A stretch of 63,997 bases of DNA, filler included, from an uncultured Methanosarcinales archaeon (GCA_964550945.1; 16 parts of 16 records of this genome joined end to end with filler, not necessarily neighbours in it); one strand, 5' to 3'. Shown: positions 9,571-20,400, numbered from the whole stretch's first letter. The notes: generated by a model from the letters alone, not told the origin. Program-made: numbers and translations.

Positions 9571-10531
9571 GCTGCTTATGCGATGAAATTCAACTCTTGG
9601 CTAAAGCCAAGAAGGTTTCTTTCATACAGCGAGCCTAAACTTTTGGAGACTATACGTGTTCTTAACGACGGTAAGTCTAAATATCAAGCCCGCAAGATTG
9701 CGGGCATATCCAAACAACGAGTATATCAAGTTTGGAAGATTTACAATGAAACTGGTCTGCTCCCAGAAATAGGCAAAGCAACAGGCAGACCTGTAAAAGT
9801 TGTTGAAGATTGGGAAGTTCAGCTTGTGAAAGAATCCTATGAGAAGTATAGGGTATCAGCCGATACACTAGAACGCCTGATAAAGCGTGATTCTGATAAG
9901 CATATCCCTCACAATAAAATACATAAACTTCTCTTAATGCTAGGCTATGCAAAAAAGAAAGATAAAACTGACATTCGTAAAAAAATATGGATACGTTATG
10001 AACGAAGGCACAGCTTAACGGCAGTACATATCGACTGGCATTATGATGGTAAAATCTATGTCTTTGCCGTAATAGATGATGCTAGTAGGAAAATGCTTGC
10101 ACTGCTTGAGACAAACTCTGCGACGACAGATTATTCCATTCAAGGTATGATATTTGCTTTGGAATATGGCAAGATCAAGCAATGTATTTCCGACCATGGC
10201 GCACAGTTTATATGCAATGTGGAAGGCGACTCAAAGTTTAAGGCTTTTCTTGAAGCCAATGGAATCAAACAAATATTGTGCAGGATAAAACACCCCCAAA
10301 GCAACGGCAAAATCGAGAAGTGGTTTGATTTATACGACAATCATAGGCACGCATTCCAAACAAAAGAAGATTTTCTTAACTGGTACAACAACATAAGACC
10401 GCACAGAAGCTTAAAATTTGAGGAGTTGGAAACTCCCCAATTAGCTTTCATACGCAAGATGAAAGCGGAGGCTTAATAAAGATGAAACAACCAACAAAAT
10501 CATCGAGGTCAAATAATTTCAGGATACTACA
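9571..10531 (+). mobile_element. IS481-family insertion sequence (left end lost at contig edge)
   Basis: Transposase 9583-10476 followed by ...CAGGATACTACA at 10531, matching the TGT...ACA termini of IS481. Confidence 0.75.
9583..10476 (+). CDS. IS481-family DDE transposase (HTH + rve domain)
   Basis: HIDWH, IDDASR, SDHGAQF, PQSNGKIEK, YNNIRPHRSL. Confidence 0.92.
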   Translation: MKFNSWLKPRRFLSYSEPKLLETIRVLNDGKSKYQARKIAGISKQRVYQVWKIYNETGLLPEIGKATGRPVKVVEDWEVQLVKESYEKYRVSADTLERLIKRDSDKHIPHNKIHKLLLMLGYAKKKDKTDIRKKIWIRYERRHSLTAVHIDWHYDGKIYVFAVIDDASRKMLALLETNSATTDYSIQGMIFALEYGKIKQCISDHGAQFICNVEGDSKFKAFLEANGIKQILCRIKHPQSNGKIEKWFDLYDNHRHAFQTKEDFLNWYNNIRPHRSLKFEELETPQLAFIRKMKAEA

Positions 10532-10582
10532 ATTTTTTCTAGTTACGAAAGCTTTATAAACAAAATAGCTATTCTTCCAGCA

Positions 10583-10777
10583 ATGGGACGTATAAAAACT
10601 AAGCTTATCAAAAGGGTCACAATTGGATTAGTTAGAGACCACAGGAACGAGTTTAGCACAACTTTTGACAAGAACAAAGCAGCAGTAACTAAATTTGTGA
10701 ATATCTCAAGCAAGAAATTGAGGAATACCATTGCAGGTTATGCTACCAGATTGATGAAGCACAAGGAAGAGGATTAA
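10583..10777 (+). CDS. rps17e: 30S ribosomal protein S17e
   Basis: MGRIKTKLIKR...F..NK...SKKLRNTIAGYATR. Confidence 0.95.
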   Translation: MGRIKTKLIKRVTIGLVRDHRNEFSTTFDKNKAAVTKFVNISSKKLRNTIAGYATRLMKHKEED

Positions 10778-10824
10778 AGCCTTTAGTTTGGCTACAGCAG
10801 TAAAAACAACAAAGGTGGTTAAAC

Positions 10825-11106
10825 ATGGGAGATGACAACAATATCTATATTGGCGGAAAGCCATTCATGAACTATGTTACGGCAGTTGTAATGCAGTTCA
10901 CGACAAAGAACGCAAATGAGATAGTTGTTAAGGCAAGAGGAAAATTTATCTCCAGGGCAGTAGACGTTTCAGAAGTTGCTGCAAAAAGGTTTCTTGAAGG
11001 AACAGTAGGCATAAAGGACATAAAGGTTGACTCAGAGGAATTCCAGAATAAAGAAGGAAAAAATGTCAGAGTTTCTTCAATAGAGATTGCATTGGCACGA
11101 AAGTAG
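10825..11106 (+). CDS. albA: DNA/RNA-binding protein Alba
   Basis: IGGKPFMNYV, KARGKFISRAVDV, VSSIEI. Confidence 0.95.
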   Translation: MGDDNNIYIGGKPFMNYVTAVVMQFTTKNANEIVVKARGKFISRAVDVSEVAAKRFLEGTVGIKDIKVDSEEFQNKEGKNVRVSSIEIALARK

Positions 11107-11176
11107 ATCAATTTCATTTATACTTTATTTTTTCTAGTTAATTTTAAATATAAGATAAGGCTAGAAACATAATTGA

Positions 11177-11262
11177 GGGCCTATAGCATAACCTGGATCG
11201 TGCAATCGGCTTCGGTCTAAGGCAGAAACCGATTGATGGGGGTTCGAATCCTCCTAGGCTCG
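11177..11262 (+). tRNA. tRNA-Arg(UCG) with a 12-nt intron at 37/38 (11216-11227)
   Basis: Acceptor GGGCCTA/TAGGCTC; anticodon stem ATCGG/CCGAT with CT-TCG-G; T arm GGGGG TTCGAAT CCTCC. Confidence 0.9.
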
Positions 11263-11333
11263 TTCATGCTATTGAGCAAAGCGAAATAGCATTAATAATC
11301 CGCAGGTTGATAAGGGTGCAGTCCCTTATGTGG

Positions 11334-11352
11334 GAATCCTCCTAGGCTCGTT
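11334..11352 (+). repeat. 19-bp direct repeat of the tRNA-Arg 3' end (att-like)
   Basis: GAATCCTCCTAGGCTCGTT is identical to 11246-11264. Confidence 0.9.
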
Positions 11353-11573
11353 ACCATTTTGGTTACAAAAAAAGATAACATTAACCATAAAAAAGAGGTA
11401 AATCAGCAGGACAACTGTTCTTGATGTGATGTACTTATTAAGAGTTACAGCAATTCTTATTATGAGTATTGGATCTGTATCTTGGTAAATATCCTGTTTT
11501 AGTCATTGGGGCTTCCTAAGCGCCCCAACTCACTAAGGAGATTTCAGAGATGGTTTAGAATATATGATTTACG

Positions 11574-11589
11574 TTAAGGTAACAGTCTC
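11574..11589 (-). mobile_element. Solo IS6-type terminal inverted repeat
   Basis: TTAAGGTAACAGTCTC is the exact reverse complement of the IS6 TIR at 58166-58181. Confidence 0.7.
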
Positions 11590-11649
11590 GATCTAACTAA
11601 ATATTTATAAACTAGGTTAAATTCTGCTATCACTTATTGGTAGATAATC

Positions 11650-12327
11650 ATGACTCGAGAAATCGCATTGTTGGTATGCAACTCAAATAGAAACTCCCCT
11701 TACCTAGATCCTTTTGGAATTAAGAAATATTTTTCTCGCCTTCATCCAATAGGGCCTTATATGTTAGCTGCAGCAACACCCTCTAGTGTTGACGTTAAGG
11801 TTTGTGAACTCCAAGATGTTCCCCAATATTACGGTGATTCTAGAATTAGGCTTGTGGGTTTTTCAGCTCTTACAACCAATATTGTACCTGCTATGTATGA
11901 GGCATCTAGAAAGTTTAAGGAAAATGGGATCCCAGTTATTTGGGGAGGAACACACGCCTCATGTGTCCCTAGCGAACCAGTAAGGCAAGGAATCGATGCT
12001 GTTGTTGTTGGTCCAGGAGAGGCGGCTTGGCCTCAAATAGTCCAGGATGTGCTAGATGGTAATTTGCGCCAAGTTTATTTTGGCACTGCTAGTGCAAAAA
12101 ATAATCTGCTCCCTTCTGAGCAGGCTGCTATTGAACAACGAGCTACATTTACAGTGGATGATTGGCATTTTGGCTCGGTATCTCCTGATTGGTCTTACTT
12201 GAATGTCAAACCGGCAGGATTATCAGTACAGGCAACATCTGGATGCCAAGTTTATGATCAAAGACCACCTCATCAGCCTGTTCTAGATAATCGAAGAAGG
12301 GATTATCACAATCATGGTATGAGATAA
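11650..12327 (+). CDS. Cobalamin-binding domain of a B12-dependent radical SAM protein, ending at the first Cys of the motif (truncated or stand-alone)
   Basis: LVGFSALT, VIWGGTHAS, VVGPGE, QATSGC, then unrelated residues and a stop. Confidence 0.7.
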   Translation: MTREIALLVCNSNRNSPYLDPFGIKKYFSRLHPIGPYMLAAATPSSVDVKVCELQDVPQYYGDSRIRLVGFSALTTNIVPAMYEASRKFKENGIPVIWGGTHASCVPSEPVRQGIDAVVVGPGEAAWPQIVQDVLDGNLRQVYFGTASAKNNLLPSEQAAIEQRATFTVDDWHFGSVSPDWSYLNVKPAGLSVQATSGCQVYDQRPPHQPVLDNRRRDYHNHGMR

Positions 12328-12419
12328 ACTTCACTCTAAAACTTATAGTTGTTTATTATGTTTCCTTTATTAACAGTTCTATCGTCTCAAAACCTTTAAA
12401 TAAGCAGCCTTATTCTCCT

Positions 12420-13724
12420 ATGGCCATGACTGAGTTGCATGTAGCAGAGATGAAAGTAATATTTGACCAACAGGGAGATAGGAATTTCAGTAAGATAGGG
12501 ATAACAAACTGGTTCGGCAGACCAGTAATGGTAGAATATAATGGGAACAGGTTCAATTTTGACCTAGAGGGAAGGGTAAATAGGATTGATGGGATTCCCG
12601 GCTATAGTTGGGATTGGATAGAACGGACAATTGCTGATGACTGGATCTATTATGACAGGGTTTGGGGATCTAGAAACATTCCACAACCTTCAGGGATTAT
12701 AGGTGATGCTGCCTGGGCTGTCAATGGAAGAACTGATCTGCCTATGCTTAAAGGCCATGATGGACTGGAGAGAACTTATGCTTTGCGAACAGAAACTTTT
12801 GATATGCTAATAGAATCAATAAAAGAGATTGTTGAAAAAAAGCCTTTTGTAGGTTATGAATCCGGTCAAGAAGCGAGTGCTGCTGATAAAGAAAGGCTTA
12901 GGAATTTCTTAGGCAAGGCCGCAAACAAAGGCAGGCAGCAGCTTAAGACAGATGCTGAAATGCTGCATAACATTTCTGGGTATGTAAACGTACTTCCTCC
13001 AGATACCATAAAGATGGGCTACCAAGTAATCCTGATTACAGTGATGACTGGATGCGACGGATGTAGATTCTGCCCATTTGGAGATGGTTCAGAACCCCTG
13101 ATAAGAACCCCAGAGGATATAGATAGGCAGATAATGATATCAGCAGCATTTTACGGAGATGATCTCAGCAATCATAATTCTGTTTTGCTAGGCCATAACA
13201 ATGCTATTGCTGCAGGCCGAGAATTGTTAGAATATGCAGCAAGAAAAGCATATGAAACATTCATGCAAGGAGAAAAATATGTTGATAGCTCAAATCTTTT
13301 CATGTTCTCGACAAATAGGAGCTTTTGTGAACAACCGCATAGTACATTTGATATGCTTGAAATGCTTCCTTTTGAGAAAGTGTACATCAATATCGGTTGG
13401 GAAGCTGTGACTGATGACAATTTAGGGGCATTAGGAAAGGCGCAAACAGCAGAAGAGGTTAAAGAAGGCATGAGAAAAGCAGGAGAGATAAACAGAAGGG
13501 ATGGGAAGTTGAGAATATCAGGCAATTTTATCTTAGGAGATAATTTAGGTGAAGATAATGCACAAGGCATTGTAAATTGTGTGAGAGAAACAGCGTATAC
13601 AGGACAGTTATATCTCTCACCTTTGATTGACATGTGCAGAAGTGGGCAGGCAATGAATGACTTGAGGGCTATAAGGGGTATTCCAGGAGTTAGAGTGCAT
13701 CTTTACACTATGCAAAGGATGTGA
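12420..13724 (+). CDS. Radical SAM domain protein with atypical CxxCxxC spacing
   Basis: VLPPD...GCDGCRFC, LGHNNA, INIGWEA, LGKAQT, GNFILG. Confidence 0.75.
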   Translation: MAMTELHVAEMKVIFDQQGDRNFSKIGITNWFGRPVMVEYNGNRFNFDLEGRVNRIDGIPGYSWDWIERTIADDWIYYDRVWGSRNIPQPSGIIGDAAWAVNGRTDLPMLKGHDGLERTYALRTETFDMLIESIKEIVEKKPFVGYESGQEASAADKERLRNFLGKAANKGRQQLKTDAEMLHNISGYVNVLPPDTIKMGYQVILITVMTGCDGCRFCPFGDGSEPLIRTPEDIDRQIMISAAFYGDDLSNHNSVLLGHNNAIAAGRELLEYAARKAYETFMQGEKYVDSSNLFMFSTNRSFCEQPHSTFDMLEMLPFEKVYINIGWEAVTDDNLGALGKAQTAEEVKEGMRKAGEINRRDGKLRISGNFILGDNLGEDNAQGIVNCVRETAYTGQLYLSPLIDMCRSGQAMNDLRAIRGIPGVRVHLYTMQRM

Positions 13725-13772
13725 GCAAGAAAGATAATGGCGACCTCAGTAGAAGAGTAATTTTGATTACAT

Positions 13773-13928
13773 TGTCAAGAACCACCAATCAGAGATTGGT
13801 GGAATGAAGCGAAGCGTCATTCCCCTTATTGATTCAGGTGGTTCTTGAGCATGCTCAGAAATTTTCCAAACCAAAATTGATGTTTGGCTTTACGCCACTA
13901 ATCACAGATTAGTGGAAAATTTCTGACA
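13773..13928 (+). repeat. Dispersed double-hairpin element, family B, copy 1
   Basis: TGTCAAGAAC...GTTCTTGAGCATGCTCAGAAAT...ATTTCTGACA; homologs at 20871 and 23028. Confidence 0.8.
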
Positions 13929-13994
13929 TTTTAGGAAAATCTAGCGAAAGGTTTATATATAAGTTGATACTATTTGTATATCAACTGATATAAC

Positions 13995-14159
13995 ATGCAA
14001 GGTTTAAAACTTACAAAAGAAGAATTAATAGAAAAAAAAGACAAGAAGGTATTGAGATATCCTAATTTGAATACTGTCTTGATGGTGGAAGATTTTCTTG
14101 AAAAGCATAGAGATATGCCTATCCAGATATCTGAGCTTAGGGATAAACTTCCAAGGCAA
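13995..14159 (+). CDS. Hypothetical protein (5' fragment)
   Basis: ATG after a TATA-like box; YPNLNTVLMVE; runs into the linker. Confidence 0.5.
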
Positions 14160-14259
14160 NNNNNNNNNNNNNNNNNNNNNNNNNNNNNNNNNNNNNNNNN
14201 NNNTTAATTAATTAANNNNNNNNNNNNNNNNNNNNNNNNNNNNNNNNNNNNNNNNNNNN

Positions 14260-17200
14260 AATGCCATCTGAAATTGCACTGCATTCCTGCATTGTTAATC
14301 CACAATCATTACAACCATAATTGCCATACCAGCATTTGCCAGCATTGCTGCAGCAATCAGCATCACTGCCAGCAGCACAATTAGCAGGGCAAATGCCATC
14401 TGAAATTGCACTGCATTCCTGCATTGTTAATCCACAATCATTACAATCAGAGGTATTGACACGGAAGTAAACATAGTCACTTTGTCCTATCTTGCCCTTG
14501 GAGTCATTTCCATAGATTACTATAATATTAAGGCCTTCAATAGCAGTTACTGTTATATTAGCCCCCACACCATCAGGGCATAATTCTGTATTATTTTTTT
14601 CTTCATTTAAGCTATAACCGCACCAATCCCAATCTTTATTTGAAGTCCAGTTTAAATCAATTGAGGCAATATCATAAACAGTGTTATTAACAGGGCTAAG
14701 GATATTTATTACAGGCGGTTCTCCAGAGTCATATTCACAACTATAAGTTCTATTTTCTGGAGGATTGTTGTCGGATTTAAGGTTTGTTAATTGGTAACAT
14801 TTATTTGTATCATTGTACCACCTTATTTTTGTATTATCCGGCATACAGCTTGTATTTACCTCTGCCCAATTTGGAATGCAATAGTCGCATTGCTGAGATT
14901 CAAATTCTGAATAGTCCCCATTATAGGAGTCAGAATCTAAATTTGTTTGCTCATAACAACTATTTTTATCACTGGCTTCATTACAATATTCCAAGTCATT
15001 TTGTTGGCAGTCATCATAACCAGAACATTGCCATGAAGGAGTGCAGTAGTCGCAGCTTGCAAATTGGTAATCATAGAATGTCTGGTTGCTTACTTCTCCG
15101 CATCCATTGATGTCGTATTGCACCAAGTTTCTTTTTTGCTGGACAGTGTTATTTACTAAGCATGATGTTATGTTAGCCCATATGCTCCATGTTGTATTTG
15201 CCATGCTTGGAGTGCAGTAGTCGCATGCTATATACTGGTAATCCCAGTAAGTGTTGTTGATTCCATTATTCCAAAGATCAGATTCTAATCTTGTTACAAC
15301 ATAGCAAGAGCTATAATTCTCATCATATTCTATTTTACTTCTGTTCTGCAGTTTTGTATCATTAGCTAAGCATGATGTTTGGTCTTGCCAGCTGCTCCAT
15401 GTTGTGTTGACAATAGAAAAACTGCAATAATTGCAGCTTTCATAAGTCTCATTGTCAGCAGGCAAATTTTCATTACTATTGCAATTATTAGTATCTATAT
15501 AACTAATAAGATTTGTATCATTAATTAAGCATGAATTATTCTCCTGCACCCAATTTGGTATACACATGTTTACAGCAAAGTAAACATAATCACTTTGTTC
15601 TATTTCTGCATCAGTGCCTCTGCCATATATTATCATATTATGTATTCCTTCTGATAGACCTGTTAGAGTTATATTTTTAGGAACCTTAACAATACCCATT
15701 TCCCACAACATTGCTTCTTCATAAACCATAGGCATATTATGATCAACTCTAAGACCATTCCAACTAGAGCCATCAAAACAATACCATGCCGAAGTAATAG
15801 GATTGTGACTACTAACAATCTTAAATTGCAAAACTGATTGGTCCCAACATGATTGAGGGATGTTAAAATCTGTTTGGAATCCCCAATCTTTGACACGCCA
15901 AAGACTAGTGCTTAGTGCTCCAGAGGGTTTAACATAATTAACATAAATATTAGCTTCGCAACAATTTATTCCACCTACCTGCCCCTCGGCCTGTCCCCAA
16001 CTATTCCAATTTCCATCATAAACATTAGACACTTTTGCATAGGAATATGAATTATCCCATTCCCCTTCAACTGTGTAAGTACCACCAGCCAAACCACCAC
16101 AAGCAGTAGCAGAAGTTGCTGATTCTTGGTAACACCAATTTGTTGGACAAATATCAGTATTATTGTCTATCCCATCCAAACTATAACCGCACCATTCTAA
16201 ATCTTCATCAGAAGTCCAATTCAAATCTATTGAATTTATGTTATAAACAGTGTTATTAATAGGGCTAAGGATATTTATTACAGGCACACTTTCAGGTCCA
16301 CAGCTTACATAAGTGCCATTATCCGCAGGCAAATCCTTAATGCTATTGCAATTGTTAGTATCTACATAGCTAATAAGTTTTGTATTATCGATACAGGCAT
16401 TATCCTCTTGTATCCAATTTGGTACACAACCTTGATTTACTGTTACACTCACAACCTGGCTGTCGGTTAATATACCATCATTAGCTGTTACAAGAACATC
16501 ATAAGTCCCTGCATCTTCTGCAGTAGTTTGCCATTCAAATGCATTATTTGTTTGGGTAAATCTTGAGTCGTTTATGGTTACTGTTAAATCATCTCCCTCA
16601 TAATCCAAAGCTGTGTAATTTATTATTACCTTGTCATTTTCAAGATAAATTGGCTGGGTGACAGCATAAATAAAAGGAACATTATTTGTTGTTAAAAGGT
16701 AGCTTATAGTTCTGTCCTGACCCAGGTAATTAAGCTCCAAAGTTAAGGTATAGCTCTGGTCTTCTTTTGTAAGCCCACTGAATGATACTGTATGCAGGTT
16801 ATTGCCTTTACCTATTGTTTTTGTAAAGTTTCCCTCATTCAGAATGTTATTGCCATGCGCTAAATAATACCTTGCTTTTAAATCAAAATTTTTGCCCGAG
16901 TAAGAATAGAAATTAATTTCGATGACCGGGCTTTCGTTTAACGAAACTGGTATGCTTGCCATTGGCCCAAGTATTGTTGTAAATAATGAAAATTCATCAT
17001 AATTCAAGGTTTCATTATCCTGCATGAATTCAACACTATAAGTATACATGCCTTCTTCACTTGGAGCAATAAAGGAAGCATTGTAATCTGTAATATTAGT
17101 TGTTGTTTCCTCTTCCCATAATTTGTTGTTGTTTTGATCAAAAATAGCTAATGAGCCGTTAACTGCCATATCTGTCAAAGGCATTAATTCAATGCTTACA

Positions 17201-18531
17201 TTTACAATACTGCTTACAGGGACTAAAATAGGCACGCCAATATTTTTTATTAAAATAGGGCTTAATGCAATATAATCAACAGAATAATTGAATTTTTTGT
17301 ATAATCTAAAAGTTCCTTGTGTGCAGTTTGTTATCTCTATTGGACTTATTCTTGCAATAAAATCCAAGCTGTTTTCAGCGTATGCATTTTCAAAATTAGC
17401 TTCATAGCTTTTATTTTCTTCATAGCAAGTCCTGTTTACAAAATCAAGTTCATAAGAGGGTAGAGTATTTACTGATATGTCTACACTGTCCCAAACATGA
17501 TCCAGAGAGAAATTTGTGATTAATGTATTTGTTGGGAAATGGGTTGTCCTTACTGCTAATGGCAAGACTAATTCGCCATATTCCTGGTTTTGGAATGCAT
17601 TTTCTGCGTTTATTATTGAAAAGTTTTCTATTTGGTCTATTGTATAAGATGGAATTTCAAAAACTAAATGTTTTCTGAATTTTGAGTAGTTTCCTATTTG
17701 CTCTAGGAATTCAATGTTTGGCGCTAGATTTTCAAGGAAATTATTGCAGTATTTCCTTATTTTTTCTTTGTCTGACTCTGACCAGTCCATGTCAACTATC
17801 TGTAGTGGATTACCATATAACGCATAAGATTGAAGCACTAAGCCTATCAAATTATCGCTTGATGATGCTGAGCCTCCGTTGTAATGGAAATTTCTTGCAT
17901 CCTTGAAAACTTCTCCAATCGTTTTTTCATCCAATAACTGGCATAAGAATGATTTAGTAAATTGCGGACTGTTAAATGATGTTGGTGCGATAATTGTACT
18001 GTCTCTAACTAATCTCGATACGAAAGTATCTTCTTTTGGCAGATAAGAGCCTGCATAAGGGCTGTCCCATAATAATAACGGGTTGTTTGTTTCGAAAGAG
18101 AGTTGCCAGTCTTTAACATGGGTTGGAGTTACTTCTTTATCTGACCATTTAGACTGATATGGCGATACCGCATATAGTGAATCCACCTTTCCTTTAGTCT
18201 CTAATAGGATTAATTCATTTTCTTGAATATTATTAATTTTATTATCCAAATCATTTGTAATCCAACCGGAAGGAATTGTATACTTATCATTCCCAAATTG
18301 TTCATCCAAAATAGATTTTTTTGTGTTAAAATCCTGCAATCTTGCATCTCCGAAATAAGTAGCATGATCCAAGTCAATAGAACCCCTCTGCATCTGCCTT
18401 ATCATTTCTGTCGGGCTTTCCCCCACTATTCTTGAGACTGTAGAGGTTTCTTCGTAGGTGGTTATGGCTGAGGCTATGTTGATTATGAAGAGGAATAATA
18501 ACAATGTTGGAAGTGTTTTATTTGTTTTCAT
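14260..18531 (-). CDS. Large secreted surface protein: C25/gingipain-like region, Ig-like domains, Cys-rich repeats (3' truncated)
   Basis: Signal peptide; IGEVFKDAR...YALYGNP; repeated CDYCTP/CIPNW and PVINILSP..N domains; many N-x-S/T sequons; exact DNA repeat 14260-14313 / 14392-14445. Confidence 0.75.
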
Positions 18532-18890
18532 TATCTCATCAATTCGTCTTTTTTATCTCACCAAAAGTTTTCTCTTTGAATTTTCAATAATTTCAATTTC
18601 TAATCCGAGATTTTTCATTTCATTATGTAAAATATCAATTCCTTCGCCTAATGTTTCGNNNNNNNNNNNNNNNNNNNNNNNNNNNNNNNNNNNNNNNNNN
18701 NNTTAATTAATTAANNNNNNNNNNNNNNNNNNNNNNNNNNNNNNNNNNNNNNNNNNNNGAATATACATCAAAAATCAGGGGGTGCTTACAGAGGAGAAAC
18801 GCAAAAGTTTACTATAATTATTGCGCCAGTTATTGTATATGATTTGGATTAAATAAAAAGAAAGAGAAAAAAAATAAAAATTTAAATTGT

Positions 18891-19409
18891 TTATCCAGTT
18901 GTTGTTGTTGCTCCGCCTGTTGCTGCAGCTGCTTTTACTATAATCTTTCCACTCTTCTTTGATATCAAATCTAAGTAGCTGATTGTTCCTGCTGCGTCAA
19001 ACTTCTTTGAATAAGCTGTTTTTGGCGCTATTGGCCCGCTTAATATTGGCGTTCCAAGTGCCGCATTCCTAGTTTCCTGTGCATTCACCCATGTTACTGT
19101 ATCGCCTACATTGATTGTAAGCTCAGCTGGCTCTAAACCTGCTGCAGTAATCTTAATGTCTCCTTCCGGCAAGGTTGTTGCTGGAGGCGCAGTTTCCGCA
19201 GGTGCAGTTGGTGTATCAGCTGGTGCTGCAGGTGGCGCTTCTGGTGCTGCCGGTTCTGCAGGTGGCGCTTCTGGTGCAGCTGGTGCTGCAGGTGGCGCTT
19301 CTGGTGCAGCTGGTGCTGCAGGTGGTGGCGCTGCTGGTGGTGCTTGTGGTTGAGCGCATCCTACCATCAACACTATCAGAAACAATGCTATTGCGTACGC
19401 ATACTTCAT
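18891..19409 (-). CDS. Lipoprotein with a Pro/Ala-rich repeat linker and a cupredoxin-like C-terminal domain
   Basis: MVGC lipobox; PAAPEAPP repeats; EPAELTINVGDTVTWVN. Confidence 0.7.
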   Translation of the reverse strand: MKYAYAIALFLIVLMVGCAQPQAPPAAPPPAAPAAPEAPPAAPAAPEAPPAEPAAPEAPPAAPADTPTAPAETAPPATTLPEGDIKITAAGLEPAELTINVGDTVTWVNAQETRNAALGTPILSGPIAPKTAYSKKFDAAGTISYLDLISKKSGKIIVKAAAATGGATTTTG

Positions 19410-19461
19410 TTTTTCACCTCTTTGCATAATATGCAAAATATCATTAATTTAGACTAAAACT

Positions 19462-20400
19462 CTACTCACTTATATAATTTTCGTTTTTGTTTTGTTTTTC
19501 CATGCTCAAAACTGCGTTTAATGATTCAACTGCAACCTCTATCTGCTTATCATCTGGTTGATTAGTTGTTAATTTTTGGAGCAATAAGCCTGGTTTGATC
19601 AAGGCCCTTAAGAGTATATTGCCTTTGTACTTGTCGCTTAATTTTAATAATTCGTAGGAAAGGCCTGCGATTATTGGGATTAACAGTATTCTTAATGGAA
19701 ATAATATGCTTTTCTGCAGCCAAAACCCTAGTTGGAGGAAATCTTTGTATGCTAATATCGCAACTGAGGGCAATATTGAAAAGACAAGTATGCTAATAAC
19801 CAATACTATCATTACAAAGCTGGTTCCGCATCTTGGATGCAAAGTGCTGAAGTTCTTGATATTCTTTATTGTTAGTTCCTTTTTTGATTCATAACAGTGT
19901 ATTGTTTTGTGCTCTGCTCCATGGTATTCAAATATCCGTTTAATGTCTTTGATGCGCGATATTATAATCAAATAAATCAAAAATAAGGCAAGTCTGATAG
20001 CGCCATCAATTAGATTGAACAATAGTGGATTGATCTCTTCTTTAAAACCTGCAAGGTTAGTTACAAAGTAAGGCAAAGCAACAAAGAATAAAATAACAAA
20101 ACCAAAGGAAACTGCTATCAATAATATCGTCTCTTTTAATCCAAATGTTTCTTTTTCATCTTCCTCTACAAATTGGTTGCTGCTCCAGATCAAGGATTTT
20201 ATTCCTAAGACGAGCATATCTATCAGGTTTACAATTCCCCTAATGAAAAATAATTTTGCCCATTTTGGCCTTTGATTTAGCTTCTCTTTTTTTGTTACAA
20301 TTTTGCCGTTTTCTTTTCTGACAGAAATCGCAAAGCTATTTGGGCCTTTCATCATCACTCCTTCGATTACTGCCTGTCCGCCGATATTTTGCTGTTTCAT
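19462..20400 (-). CDS. DUF1385 family membrane protein
   Basis: IGGQAVIEGVMM, FEYHGAEHK, HPRCGTSF. Confidence 0.92.
   Translation of the reverse strand: MKQQNIGGQAVIEGVMMKGPNSFAISVRKENGKIVTKKEKLNQRPKWAKLFFIRGIVNLIDMLVLGIKSLIWSSNQFVEEDEKETFGLKETILLIAVSFGFVILFFVALPYFVTNLAGFKEEINPLLFNLIDGAIRLALFLIYLIIISRIKDIKRIFEYHGAEHKTIHCYESKKELTIKNIKNFSTLHPRCGTSFVMIVLVISILVFSILPSVAILAYKDFLQLGFWLQKSILFPLRILLIPIIAGLSYELLKLSDKYKGNILLRALIKPGLLLQKLTTNQPDDKQIEVAVESLNAVLSMEKQNKNENYISE

Noticed and set aside
14260..14445. Exact DNA repeats as a CRISPR array or DGR template/variable pair (also repeats within 50485-53866)
   Set aside because: In-frame domain repeats of surface proteins; no spacer periodicity, no adenine-specific variation noticed, no RT gene.
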